Shown: positions 10,384-23,561 of the stretch, piece by piece | Numbering within the stretch: position 1 is the first letter of the stretch | How the letters are laid out: every line of letters starts with the position of its first letter | From: a virus | Lineage: Duplodnaviria; Heunggongvirae; Uroviricota; Caudoviricetes | IMG/VR virus record: IMGVR_UViG_2740892119_000002 | Direction: 5' to 3' (one strand) | DNA length: 64,000 nt | Program-made: the position numbers and the translations under genes | The notes under the pieces: model-generated | What the model was told of the DNA's origin: nothing | Seen by the model: only the letters and a program-made list of their open reading frames with translations | Databases searched by the model: none

Positions 10384-10580
10384 AGTCTTTCCTCTGCTTA
10401 AAACCTGATGTATTGCGCCTTCAGGTGGGTCAGGAATGTTTTCCCACCAGCGAACGCAATATCTCGGGGTGTTCTTTTCGTGAAAAGCGCGTGCCATTGC
10501 CAACTTTGGCGTTTGTTTGCGAGTTCGTGCTTTTGTCGGCGTCTGGACCACCGCTTTTCTTTCAGTCGTTTTTTACACAT

Positions 10581-11069
10581 TCAAAACGGAATATCGTCGT
10601 CAAAGTCCATTGGAGGTTCGTTATTGGCGTTGCTCTGAGGTTTACCGCCACCACTGTATTGCTGGTGGTTTTGAGGTTGGTTTGATTGCCCCCAGCCATT
10701 TGAGGACTGTGAATCGTCACGGCGAGCGCCGATCATTTGCATGGTGCCGCCCTGGCTGACGATAATTTCCGTCGTGTAACGTTCTACACCGGCGTCATCT
10801 GTCCACTTACGGGTTTTAAGTTTCCCTTCGATGTAGACCTGAGAACCTTTTCGTAAATACTCACTCGCAATTTCAGCAAGTTTTCCGAACAAAACGACTT
10901 TATGCCATTCTGTTTGCTCTTTCTGTTGGCCCGTTTGCTTGTCGCGCCATGATTCATTCGTTGCGATGCTGAGTCTTCCGACCGCGCCGCCATTTGGTAT
11001 ATACCTGATCTCCGGGTCTTGCCCCAGGGTACCAATCAGGATGACTTTGTTTACACCGCGTTGTGCCAC
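10581..11069 (-). CDS. ssb: Single-stranded DNA-binding protein
   Basis: [20 protein letters not shown]...C-terminal DFDDDIPF tail typical of SSB; GTG start. Confidence 0.95.
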   Translation of the reverse strand: MAQRGVNKVILIGTLGQDPEIRYIPNGGAVGRLSIATNESWRDKQTGQQKEQTEWHKVVLFGKLAEIASEYLRKGSQVYIEGKLKTRKWTDDAGVERYTTEIIVSQGGTMQMIGARRDDSQSSNGWGQSNQPQNHQQYSGGGKPQSNANNEPPMDFDDDIPF

Positions 11070-11088
11070 TTTTCTTACCTAATAAAAT

Positions 11089-11105
11089 AAAATAATTAGA
11101 GCAAT
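11089..11105. promoter_or_regulatory. C1 operator-like site (15/17 to consensus)
   Basis: AAAATAATTAGAGCAAT (reverse form of ATTGCTCTAATAAATTT), 20 bp upstream of ssb. Confidence 0.6.
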
Positions 11106-11238
11106 AATGTATATCTTTGAAACGTAGCTAACAAGTGATTTGCATTATCCTGTGCCTTCTAAAGGGATCGAGTCAGTCGGTATTGGCTGTGAATGGGTGT
11201 TTGTCCTGGAGCGTAAAAAATTCGCTTATGAGGTCTTT

Positions 11239-11796
11239 ATGAAGGGAAAAACAGCCGCAGGAGGCGGTGCAATTTGCGCTATCGCGGTGATGATTACCAT
11301 CGTGATGGGTAATGGCAATGTGCGAACCAACCAGGCGGGGCTTGAGCTGATTGGTAACGCTGAAGGTTGCCGACGTGATCCATACATGTGCCCGGCAGGG
11401 GTATGGACTGACGGGATCGGTAATACACACGGGGTAACGCCGGGTGTGCGAAAAACAGACCAGCAAATCGCCGCTGATTGGGAAAAGAATATCCTGATCG
11501 CTGAACGCTGTATTAATCAGCACTTCCGGGGCAAAGACATGCCCGATAATGCCTTCAGTGCAATGACAAGCGCGGCATTCAATATGGGATGCAATAGCTT
11601 ACGGACCTACTACAGCAAAGCGCGAGGCATGCGAGTAGAAACGTCCATCCACAAGTGGGCGCAGAAAGGGGAATGGGTGAATATGTGTAACCATCTCCCT
11701 GATTTCGTGAACAGTAACGGCGTGCCCCTGCGAGGTTTAAAGATTCGCCGTGAAAAAGAACGCCAGCTTTGCCTGACGGGACTGGTCAATGAATAA
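11239..11796 (+). CDS. lyz: SAR endolysin Lyz
   Basis: MKGKTAAGGGAICAIAVMITIV signal-anchor-release N-terminus; matches P1 Lyz as recalled; the track ORF starts 33 codons early. Confidence 0.9.
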   Translation: MKGKTAAGGGAICAIAVMITIVMGNGNVRTNQAGLELIGNAEGCRRDPYMCPAGVWTDGIGNTHGVTPGVRKTDQQIAADWEKNILIAERCINQHFRGKDMPDNAFSAMTSAAFNMGCNSLRTYYSKARGMRVETSIHKWAQKGEWVNMCNHLPDFVNSNGVPLRGLKIRREKERQLCLTGLVNE

Positions 11797-12087
11797 ACTC
11801 CGGCAGCTCCGCCGACTTTCGACAATGAAGTTATCGCTGGCGGCGATAGTTTTTGACTCGATTTTCATGGCGGTATATGTGCTCAATGAGACGTGGCCAC
11901 TGGAACCGCTATTGTATGCCGGGCTTCGGCTGTGCCTGACATTTTTGAGCATGGCTGCAAGATTGATGCAGCAGAAAGAAACCGCTTCAGATTGTCCACG
12001 CCGCGCGGTGCGCAAATATATGGCACGCAGGAGAAGGCGATAATAGTTAACGAGAACCCCGGCAGCCGCCGGGGTTATTTTTGGTGG

Positions 12088-14818
<2,731 letters not shown>

Positions 14819-14884
14819 TTAATTAGAATAATTCACATCGTGTTTGAACGGAATTTAACACTAGTCACTTGTTAAGGATTACCA

Positions 14885-17800
14885 ATGAACAAGCTATCTA
14901 TGGGGGTGTTTCGCTGTTCAAGTGTCAGCGAAATATTGAAATACATTAGGGCAATAACATCTCACCGAGCGCCGATTAAATACGGCGTGGAAAAGGTGGA
15001 AGGCAAAAGCTATGACCGACTGCGCCGGGAGGCGAATCAGAAGGCGATAGATTTGCTTAATTCGCTGGTGGACGGCGCGACACTGACAGATGAACAGCGC
15101 CAGATCCTGGCTGGGTACACCGGTGAAGGCGGCATTGGCGGGTCCGTCTCCGAATATTACACACCAAAGCCGATCGCTGAAGGTGTCTGGGAGATCATGA
15201 AGCTCTACGGCGCGGACGTAGGTAACACTCTGGAACCATCGGCGGGCACCGGCGTTTTTAATGAGACAAAACCGGTTGGTACGGTGATGACTGCGACTGA
15301 GATCAGCAGTGTTTCCGGTCGTATAAACCAGCTGTTACACCCGGAAGACAGCGTACAGATTTCCCCGTTCGAACAGCTGGCTGTAAGCACGCCTAACGAT
15401 TCATTCGACCATGTTGTGGGTAACGTTCCGTTCGGTGGTCGTGATAACACACGCAACATCGATAAGCCTTACGCAGAAGAAACGGACATGGGTTCTTACT
15501 TCATGCTCCGCATGCTGGACAAGATAAAGCCAGGCGGATTCATGTGCGTGATTGTGCCGCCGTCCATTGTTTCAGGTTCAAACATGAAGCGGTTACGCCT
15601 GCGCCTATCACGGAAAGCTGAATTTCTTGGTGCCCACCGCTTGCCTACCGGTACTTTTGACGCAAACGGGACCAGTACGGTCGTTGACGTGGTGCTGATG
15701 CGCAAACATCCGGCGGAGATGGCTGAGAAAATCCCCCTGGTGGATGAAGGCACTCTTGAATCGGCAAATGTGCTTTGGCCAACGTTTATTTCTGGCAAGT
15801 GGTTTGAAAAGGACGGCCGCCGGTTTGTTCATGGCACTCAGGAGAAGGGATTCCAGGGGCGTATTGAGGTTCGTGCCGACGGGCAGATTGATAACCAGGC
15901 TCTTAAAGCGAAGCTGATTCATCGTTTCGAAAGTCGTATCGACTGGTCTTTGCTCAATATGGCTGAACCGTCACCGACCGCAGACGTTGTTGATGAAGGG
16001 GAAATGCGCCTGATTAATGGCGTATGGCAAAAATATGCTGGTGGTCGCTGGATTGAAGCTGATGCAGGGAAGGAGCTGAAGATTGATGTTGCCAGTTATG
16101 GCGCGGACAGCTGGGAGGCTCTTCAGCGTAACCTGACTACAACAGAAGGCCGTCTCGGTATGACATTTACCCAGATGGCAAATGTCCGCGATAAGTACAC
16201 CACATCAATCAGCGACGATATGGTGCAGCTGGTGGACTGGATTAACAGCCAGCCTGAAAAATACCGTGAACGCTTGTATCGCGGGGCGATGATTGGCCGG
16301 ATGTTAATTGAATATCAGGACATGAAGGCCGCCGGGCATAGTGCTGAACAAATCGAACAGCAGCGCCTTTCTCTGGTATCCCGTTTGCAGGCAGAGATTG
16401 ACCGTTTTGGTAACCCCGGTCGCGGTCCGATAGCGAAATTATCGGGGAGCGGTGCGCGCGCCTGGTTTGCTTTCCGTGGTGCAATTAAGCTGGATGGCAC
16501 TATTTCTGACGAGCTGACAGGAAAACTGGTTACGCATGATTCCAGCGCCAGTTATGACTCCACCAGCTATCAGGACACCCTGCGTTATCTCTACAGTGAT
16601 CTCACTCGCGATCCAATCCAGCTCGATGATTTCCGCCTTGCGTTTACCGGCGAACTGCCAGCCAGTGATGACGAGTTGCTTAATTTATTGGCCAGCACCC
16701 CTGGCATTGCGGTTTCACCGTATGGCGGGATTGTTCCGTTCGCCCGCGCCACCAGCGGCGACATTAACGAGATAGTGGTACCAAAACAGGAATTCCTTGC
16801 CACACTCCCCGACGGTCCAGTAAAGAACAACGTCCTTAATCAGCTGGCAGCGATCGAAGAGAAGCGCATCAAGACGCCAGCAGAGAATATCCGCTTTAAG
16901 CTCAATAGCCGTTGGTTCGACCGTTCCGTCATTCTGGAATTTTTGCAGGAAAACGGCTATCCGGATCTTCGCTATGTGCAGTCAGTGCAGCTGGAAGGCG
17001 ACGAAATGGTTTCTGACACCTATCACGGTGGTGATGGTCTGTTCGTCGGGCACCGATACGGTGTCGTCCAGCGCAAGGATAAAGAAACAGGCGAGATCCG
17101 CTACGAGTGGGACCGTAAATCAGGTGAAAACGCGACCGGGTTCCCGGCACAGCTGGAAAAGTATCTCAATGGTGCGCGTATCGGTGGCAAAGATAGCGCG
17201 ACGGCGAACGGCTACCGCGAGCAGATGGCACTGCTTGAGGACCAGTTCAATAAGTGGATCAAGACGCACGATCGCTACGATGAGCTGGTTGCCAAATACA
17301 ACGATGTGTTCAATAGCAATATCCCGTATGAACACTCTGGCGATCCGCTTGGGTTGAAGGGATTAAGCGGTAAGCGCCAGCCATTTGATTACCAGAATAG
17401 CGAGGTGCGCCGACTGTCCGAAGATGGGCGCGGCATCCTGGGCTTCGGCACCGGGCTGGGTAAAACCACGACCGCGCTGGCGCTTGAGGCGTTCAACTAT
17501 GAGAACGGTCGCTCCACCCGTACTGCGTATGTAGTGCCTAAATCAGTGCTGGAAAACTGGTATTACGAAGCAAAAGAATTCCTGAGTGAAGAGGCATTCA
17601 GTAACTACCTGTTCGTCGGTCTTGATGTGCTGATGGATGGCGATCAGATTCGCCAGGTGCCGGTGCTCGATGAGAACGGTAAACCTGTTCTTGGTACTGA
17701 TGGCACTCCAGTTATGCGCGATGCTCTTAAGCTGGCAGATGAAGCCACTATCACGGCGCGGATGAACGCGATCCCGCACTCAAATTACCGTGCAGTCGTG

Positions 17801-20800
17801 TTTACCAAAGAACAATACGCCCGCATTCCGCTACGTGATGACACCGTAGATGAGCATGCACAGGATATGCTTTATGACTTCGTTGCCGCCGGGCGCGTAG
17901 CCAGCGCAATGGACTCCGACTCCCACCGCAAAGAGGCCGCGCGTCGCCGGGTATTGTCGGAGTATTCAGATACCGGCACCGAAAAAGCAGAGAAGTATCC
18001 GTACTTTGAGGATATGGGCTTCGATAGTGTGATCGCTGACGAAGGTCACAACTACCGCAATAGCTATAAAAATGGTCGCGAAGCGTCACAACTGGCCTAT
18101 CTGCCCACCAGCGCGGTGGCGCAATCGGCGCGGGATATGGCAATTAAAAACGCGTACCTGATGAAAAAGAATGGTGGGCGCGGACCGGTTCTCCTGACTG
18201 CAACGCCAGTCGTTAACACCCCGATCGATGCATACAACATGCTTTCTCATGTTCTGCCGAAGGAATACTGGCAGAAGATGGGGATCTACAGTCCTGATGA
18301 CTTCGTAAAATTCTTCGGCAAGACCAGGCTGGAAACGGTACAGAAAATCAGCGGTGAAGTTGAAGAAAAAATGGCGCTGGTGGGCTTTGAAAACCTTGAT
18401 GCGCTGCGCGGCATATTCCATCGCTGGACAACGCTTAAAACGGCGGAAGACGTTAAGGATACCGTGGAGATCCCGGAACTGGACGAACACCAGCAGGATG
18501 CACCACTTACGGAAGAACAACTGGCGGCGTATGAAGAATTGCGTCAGCAGGCGGAAGCGGCAGCCAAAGCCAACAATGGCGTAACGACCTCGGTCAATGA
18601 AGACGGCGTGATTGAGCACGAGAAAGCCCGTCCGATCTTCTCAATAATCAGGGATATGGACCGCGTATGTACTGACATGGACCTGTACTATCGCAGGATC
18701 ACCTATCGTTTCCTGCCGGAGTACGCCGATGCGGTGCAGCAGCTGGCGGACAGTTTGCCTAAACAAGCCACCAGCGAAGACGACGACAGTGATGATTCGA
18801 TCACGCAGCAATCGCAATACTCCCTGATAGATAAGGGCGAGTTTATTCAGTTGCAGGTACCGGAAGCATTTGAGCAGGAAGTGAATAAGCGCCTGGCCAA
18901 GTTTGGCATTGACGAACAGACCGTAACTCACCCCGTTACGCCCAAATACGCGAAGCTGATTGCCACGCTGAAGGAGTTTTTCCCGGAAGGTAAGCAAATC
19001 ATCTTCACCGATGAAAAAACGCAACACCAGAAGCTCAAGCGCATTATCTGCAATGCTCTTAACCTTGAACCTTCAAAGGTGGGGATCCTGAATGCTCAGA
19101 CGGTTGCCGAGGCAGGTAAAACCGGTAAGAAACTGAAAGCGGTTAAACCACCGAAAGAGCTACCGGATGAACCAACAGATGCACAGATAGCGAAATACAA
19201 CGAGCAAATGGCTCTGTATGACGCCTATATCGCGCAGCAAAATGAAATGTCGCTGGGTGGGCTGGAAAAGATTGCTGCCGACTTCCAGGAGGGCCGGACT
19301 CCGATCATCATCTGCAACAAAAAGGCAGAGGTGGGTATCAACCTGCATCGAGGAACGACTGACATCCATCATCTGACGTTGCCATGGACACCAGCCAGTA
19401 TCGCACAGCGTAACGGTCGCGGTGCCCGAGTTGGTTCCAACCGTGCAAGCGTTCGCGTTCACTACTACTGCGGCAAGGGTTCTTTCGATGAATACCGACT
19501 GAAGACGCTGAAGCGTAAAGCAGGCTGGATCTCCGATATCCTCCGCTCAGATAAGTCTGAAATGGAGAACGCCGACGCCAACGATATGATCGAAATGCAG
19601 ATGTATACCGCTAAGGATGATGGCGAACGTCTGGCAATGATGCAGGTTCAAATGGATAAGGCGAAAGCCGCGCAACGCGCTCGCCAGAAAGAACAGGCTA
19701 CTATCGACCTTCAGAACTACATCAAGGCGCAGCACGCAGCTGGCGAGGATGTGGAGGTACTTACCGCTGAATTAGAGCGAAGCAAAGCGGAACTTGAAAA
19801 GACCACCGCCGAGGTAGCTAAATTCAAACAGGCGGCAATGGCCAAGGCAGCGGATAACGCAGACTGGAAGGCCCGCTGGGGGAGTGTCCATCACACAGAC
19901 CGTATGTTGTTAGCACAGTATCGCGCGTCGTTGAAAAGCGCCATTCAGCGCAAGGCTAATATCTCTCAAGCCATCTCCCGCTATGAGAAATTATTGAACC
20001 GTACTCAGAAGGCCGCGACGGATATCAAACGCCTGCGCCCGCTGGTGGAGGATGCAATAAATAAAGGCATTCTGGATGTAGATCCTGACCTGGTTAACCA
20101 TGCGAGTGAGTTCCTTGTTATCGGCGATCGCTCATGGCGTGTAGGCCAATACTACGATTGTGCCGGTGATATCGTTCGCATTAAGTCGCTGGACTTCGAC
20201 AGCCAGCGCGCAGACGTGGAGATCATCTTTACCTTCAAAGGCACCAAATCGGGTAACTGGGATGTGAAGACGCTGGATAAACAGGTGGATGTAACTCCCG
20301 ATGAAGATGCTGTTATGCAGAAAATCAGTGGTGGCGTCTCCATCGCCGGGATTAACGACATCATTTCCTGTGACGATTTCTACCGTTTCCAGCAGCGCGG
20401 CATGATCAAAATCACTGACTCGTACGGCGTTCAGACTACAGAGTCAGGCTATAGCATTGATTTTGTTGGTACCTATACGGACCCACTGAAGCATGCGGTT
20501 TACCCGGATCGCCGTGACGGCGCGCTGAAGTCGTCAATTGCAAAATGGGTGCTTGGTATGATGTCGGAAGGGAATAACCGCCAGATCCGTTCGGCAGAAA
20601 CATTCCTGGTTGAATTGTTTGGCTCCAATTATGGCGATGTAATCGCGTCATACGGAGATACGCTATCCCCTGAAGCAATTCAGGAGAAAATAGCGGATGC
20701 GATCGCAAAAATGCCGGAGAAAACAAGCCAGGGGGCTACTCGTAACGGGGATTCTGAACTTGAGGTCACCAATGCCATTTTCGGTACCCATGAGTTCCGG

Positions 20801-21652
20801 GCGTCAGATTATGAGATCACCACAGCACAGTTTGGCACCATTGGCATTTACAGCAATAAAGCCGAGATCAAGCAGGCAATGGACTCAGCAAGCGCGCGCA
20901 TCGCAGCAGAACGGGAAGCCAATCTGAATCATGCAGTCGCCGCACTGACTCAATCATGGGTAACAGCAATCAGGGAGGCCGCCACCACAGGGAAAATCAC
21001 ACCTGCAATTGCGGATGTCGTAAACGACGGCTCTAAATTTATGGATGCCTATCAAATGGATGCGGTGCAGTTGCCATCAGCCTATGGCCAACTCAGCTAT
21101 CGCATGACCTACAACCTGGTATCAATGTTTTCCGACCTTGCCATCCTTGGGCTGGTGGATCTTAACGAGGTTACGCCGGAATTGCTCAGCATGCGCAAGA
21201 ATCATGTGGAGATATTGCAGAGAATTAACACGGTTCTTGCCGGGCGCACCGATGAAGAGAAACAGGCCGACGCTGATCGGATAAACCTGGCCCTTGGCAA
21301 CATCACGGAGGAAGAAATTGCCGCCAGAAACGAGAAACAAGAAGAGTTATCATCAATACAGGGTGATGCCACCAGCATAGCTCAGTCTCTTGGTCTGAAT
21401 TATCGCGTATCCACCGCCGACCTGAAGATGATGTACGCACCAAAATTCGCCGCTGGCGAGGTATTTGGGCTTCAGGAAGCCTCAGGCATGAAAGGCGTTC
21501 TTTTCCGTGCGAAAGACGCAATCAAGGCGAAATTCGGCGCTCGCTGGCTGCCAGCGAAGGCGAAGAACAGCGATTTCCCGGGTAACTGGTGGATTATCGA
21601 GACAAAACACAACGTGGCGGACGTTCTGGCCGTCATCCAACAATACGCATAA
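14885..21652 (+). CDS. darB: DarB antirestriction protein (N6-adenine methyltransferase plus helicase)
   Basis: 2255 aa, the size of P1 DarB as recalled; MTase-like VGNVPFGG; helicase motifs GFGTGLGKT and ADEGHNYRN. Confidence 0.9.
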   Translation: MNKLSMGVFRCSSVSEILKYIRAITSHRAPIKYGVEKVEGKSYDRLRREANQKAIDLLNSLVDGATLTDEQRQILAGYTGEGGIGGSVSEYYTPKPIAEGVWEIMKLYGADVGNTLEPSAGTGVFNETKPVGTVMTATEISSVSGRINQLLHPEDSVQISPFEQLAVSTPNDSFDHVVGNVPFGGRDNTRNIDKPYAEETDMGSYFMLRMLDKIKPGGFMCVIVPPSIVSGSNMKRLRLRLSRKAEFLGAHRLPTGTFDANGTSTVVDVVLMRKHPAEMAEKIPLVDEGTLESANVLWPTFISGKWFEKDGRRFVHGTQEKGFQGRIEVRADGQIDNQALKAKLIHRFESRIDWSLLNMAEPSPTADVVDEGEMRLINGVWQKYAGGRWIEADAGKELKIDVASYGADSWEALQRNLTTTEGRLGMTFTQMANVRDKYTTSISDDMVQLVDWINSQPEKYRERLYRGAMIGRMLIEYQDMKAAGHSAEQIEQQRLSLVSRLQAEIDRFGNPGRGPIAKLSGSGARAWFAFRGAIKLDGTISDELTGKLVTHDSSASYDSTSYQDTLRYLYSDLTRDPIQLDDFRLAFTGELPASDDELLNLLASTPGIAVSPYGGIVPFARATSGDINEIVVPKQEFLATLPDGPVKNNVLNQLAAIEEKRIKTPAENIRFKLNSRWFDRSVILEFLQENGYPDLRYVQSVQLEGDEMVSDTYHGGDGLFVGHRYGVVQRKDKETGEIRYEWDRKSGENATGFPAQLEKYLNGARIGGKDSATANGYREQMALLEDQFNKWIKTHDRYDELVAKYNDVFNSNIPYEHSGDPLGLKGLSGKRQPFDYQNSEVRRLSEDGRGILGFGTGLGKTTTALALEAFNYENGRSTRTAYVVPKSVLENWYYEAKEFLSEEAFSNYLFVGLDVLMDGDQIRQVPVLDENGKPVLGTDGTPVMRDALKLADEATITARMNAIPHSNYRAVVFTKEQYARIPLRDDTVDEHAQDMLYDFVAAGRVASAMDSDSHRKEAARRRVLSEYSDTGTEKAEKYPYFEDMGFDSVIADEGHNYRNSYKNGREASQLAYLPTSAVAQSARDMAIKNAYLMKKNGGRGPVLLTATPVVNTPIDAYNMLSHVLPKEYWQKMGIYSPDDFVKFFGKTRLETVQKISGEVEEKMALVGFENLDALRGIFHRWTTLKTAEDVKDTVEIPELDEHQQDAPLTEEQLAAYEELRQQAEAAAKANNGVTTSVNEDGVIEHEKARPIFSIIRDMDRVCTDMDLYYRRITYRFLPEYADAVQQLADSLPKQATSEDDDSDDSITQQSQYSLIDKGEFIQLQVPEAFEQEVNKRLAKFGIDEQTVTHPVTPKYAKLIATLKEFFPEGKQIIFTDEKTQHQKLKRIICNALNLEPSKVGILNAQTVAEAGKTGKKLKAVKPPKELPDEPTDAQIAKYNEQMALYDAYIAQQNEMSLGGLEKIAADFQEGRTPIIICNKKAEVGINLHRGTTDIHHLTLPWTPASIAQRNGRGARVGSNRASVRVHYYCGKGSFDEYRLKTLKRKAGWISDILRSDKSEMENADANDMIEMQMYTAKDDGERLAMMQVQMDKAKAAQRARQKEQATIDLQNYIKAQHAAGEDVEVLTAELERSKAELEKTTAEVAKFKQAAMAKAADNADWKARWGSVHHTDRMLLAQYRASLKSAIQRKANISQAISRYEKLLNRTQKAATDIKRLRPLVEDAINKGILDVDPDLVNHASEFLVIGDRSWRVGQYYDCAGDIVRIKSLDFDSQRADVEIIFTFKGTKSGNWDVKTLDKQVDVTPDEDAVMQKISGGVSIAGINDIISCDDFYRFQQRGMIKITDSYGVQTTESGYSIDFVGTYTDPLKHAVYPDRRDGALKSSIAKWVLGMMSEGNNRQIRSAETFLVELFGSNYGDVIASYGDTLSPEAIQEKIADAIAKMPEKTSQGATRNGDSELEVTNAIFGTHEFRASDYEITTAQFGTIGIYSNKAEIKQAMDSASARIAAEREANLNHAVAALTQSWVTAIREAATTGKITPAIADVVNDGSKFMDAYQMDAVQLPSAYGQLSYRMTYNLVSMFSDLAILGLVDLNEVTPELLSMRKNHVEILQRINTVLAGRTDEEKQADADRINLALGNITEEEIAARNEKQEELSSIQGDATSIAQSLGLNYRVSTADLKMMYAPKFAAGEVFGLQEASGMKGVLFRAKDAIKAKFGARWLPAKAKNSDFPGNWWIIETKHNVADVLAVIQQYA

Positions 21653-21685
21653 CAGGAGCGCCCGGTTCGCCGGGCGTCGCATAAT

Positions 21686-22126
21686 ATGGCCACACTATCT
21701 GATACAATAAAACCGAATAAAACATATCTTGAGGCGGTACTCCGTACAGCGTTGTTAGGAAAGACAGAAGACGAATACGTTGATTTCTTCCTGTCAGGGC
21801 TACGCGGGCGATTACTGAAAAATCCCCGCCTGTACCGCAGCTATGGTCCATACTGGCCGGAAATTAAAAAATTATTACTGGAGCGCGGTTATGGTAATTT
21901 CGGTCGTCTCGTTGACCGTGACGTTCGCAAAATTTACCGTTATGACCGCCCGGCGCTGACGCTCATAGCTGCGACGCTCTACAGCCAGGAGCGTTTTGAT
22001 AATGGTCAGATATACTCAGCCTGGCATTTACTGCCAGTACCTGAAGAGGTTGACGACCAGGACTATGAGTTTGAGTCTTACGATTTGGAAGTTGAAGCCT
22101 TAGCACAGGCTGGAGAGAAAACTTGA
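21686..22126 (+). CDS. ulx: Ulx-like Dar-associated protein
   Basis: 146 aa directly after darB. Confidence 0.55.
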   Translation: MATLSDTIKPNKTYLEAVLRTALLGKTEDEYVDFFLSGLRGRLLKNPRLYRSYGPYWPEIKKLLLERGYGNFGRLVDRDVRKIYRYDRPALTLIAATLYSQERFDNGQIYSAWHLLPVPEEVDDQDYEFESYDLEVEALAQAGEKT

Positions 22127-22371
22127 AAAAGCGATACTACACAGTAAAGCATGGGACGCTACGAGCATTACAAGAGTTTGCTGACAAGCACAACGTTGAG
22201 GTGCGCAGGGAAGGGGGAAGTAAAGCTCTGCGCATGTACCGCCCGGACGGGAAATGGCGGACGGTCGTCGATTTCAAAACTAACAGTGTTCCCCAAGGTG
22301 TCCGCGATCGGGCATTCGAAGAATGGGAGCAGATCATCATAGATAACGCATTGCTTCTGAATGCTGATTAA
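22123..22371 (+). CDS. lxc: Lxc (C1 co-repressor, Bof)-like protein
   Basis: 82 aa; TTG start overlapping the ulx stop, with GGAGAG SD. Confidence 0.6.
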   Translation: MKKRYYTVKHGTLRALQEFADKHNVEVRREGGSKALRMYRPDGKWRTVVDFKTNSVPQGVRDRAFEEWEQIIIDNALLLNAD

Positions 22372-22380
22372 TAATCATTT

Positions 22381-22402
22381 AAAGCCCATATGATATGGGC
22401 TT
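22381..22402 (+). terminator. Stem-loop (perfect 8-bp inverted repeat) at the left island boundary
   Basis: GCCCATAT-g-ATATGGGC right after the lxc stop; no clean T run. Confidence 0.3.
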
Positions 22403-22423
22403 AAACAACAGGATCGATATACA

Positions 22424-23464
22424 GTGTTAGTTAAATATATAGGCGAGAGTTATATGGATAAACCTTGGCCGGGCATGCACATTAGAACATCTTGTCTGGA
22501 GGATGGTTTCTTTAGAGCAACGCAACCAAAGTATCTTAATGATCCGTCGAGTGAGTCGCGACTTCTTCCATTTTTTAATAAATTTTCACCAGCCGATTAC
22601 GCATGGGCTAGAAATGAATTTAAGAAAATGCAACGAGATCCATCTTATGTCCCATCTATACAAGAGTTAGAGTATTATTTAAAACCTTGCGGGAAACGAT
22701 ACGGAGAGGATTTTCCACACTTGTTAATCAATGAAGGTTTTACCTCAATGGATTCATATGATGAATCTAAACTCCAAGAAATAGTAACGTACCTTAACGA
22801 TTATTTAGTAGAAGCCGTAAGCTGTCATCTTGGTGTGTTCTCTCTATCAAAAAGTGATTGCAATCTACACATGTGGACTCATTATGCATCGATAGGAAAG
22901 GGGTTTGCTGTAGTTTTCGATGAAACACACGATTTTTTCAAAATATATCGGCCGTGTGATGTTAGTTATAATCCAGAAGATAGAGCATCTGTAACCTATT
23001 ATAAAGGCGCTGTGCGATTTAATGGCTATCCTGCGCCATCGAGGAATATAGATATAAAGAATAAAGATAATACATTGCATGGAATCTTAAATCGAGATTC
23101 AGTTCGCGAGCTTTTTATTAATAGGCTTCTTTATACAAAAGGTGAAGAGTGGCTTCCTGAAAATGAAAGTAGAATTATTTTTCCATTGGCTGATTGCGAG
23201 AGAAAAATAGGAAGCATTGTCTCTCCATCGATTGATGATTGCCTATTAAATGAGTATCCTGATGTTTTTCATGACTATCATGAAATTAACTTAAAGAAAA
23301 TTCCTTTTTCTGCATTCAAGCAAATTACCTTAGGGTATAACATGACTGAAAAAGATAAAAATATAATTTTAGATAAAGTTAGTTCGAATAAAGAATTGTC
23401 TCACCTCAACGTATTACAATCAAAACTTGATATATATGGAAAGGTTGTGGTTAATCCCATGTAA
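22424..23464 (+). CDS. DUF2971-like protein of unknown function (cargo gene in the res/mod-equivalent locus)
   Basis: 346 aa; YLNDP and FSLS..MWTHYA..GKGFAVVFD motifs; markedly AT-rich versus flanks; GTG at 22424 or ATG at 22454 as start. Confidence 0.8.
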   Translation: MLVKYIGESYMDKPWPGMHIRTSCLEDGFFRATQPKYLNDPSSESRLLPFFNKFSPADYAWARNEFKKMQRDPSYVPSIQELEYYLKPCGKRYGEDFPHLLINEGFTSMDSYDESKLQEIVTYLNDYLVEAVSCHLGVFSLSKSDCNLHMWTHYASIGKGFAVVFDETHDFFKIYRPCDVSYNPEDRASVTYYKGAVRFNGYPAPSRNIDIKNKDNTLHGILNRDSVRELFINRLLYTKGEEWLPENESRIIFPLADCERKIGSIVSPSIDDCLLNEYPDVFHDYHEINLKKIPFSAFKQITLGYNMTEKDKNIILDKVSSNKELSHLNVLQSKLDIYGKVVVNPM

Positions 23465-23496
23465 TAATACGCTTATGTCTAAACTTCATGATAAAT

Positions 23497-23520
23497 ACCT
23501 TCCTTAACTTAGGAAGGTGA
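23497..23520. terminator. Stem-loop between convergent genes
   Basis: ACCTTCC-TTAACTTA-GGAAGGT; no T run. Confidence 0.3.
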
Positions 23521-23561
23521 GTTGTGGGTTTACGCAGAAAGTAACAAATAACCTTCGTAGG

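Noticed and set aside
18086-18619. Long antisense ORFs inside darB and other large genes (for example 18086..18619, 4349..4720)
   Set aside because: Fully embedded antisense to well-supported genes with no SD or start context; treated as chance ORFs.
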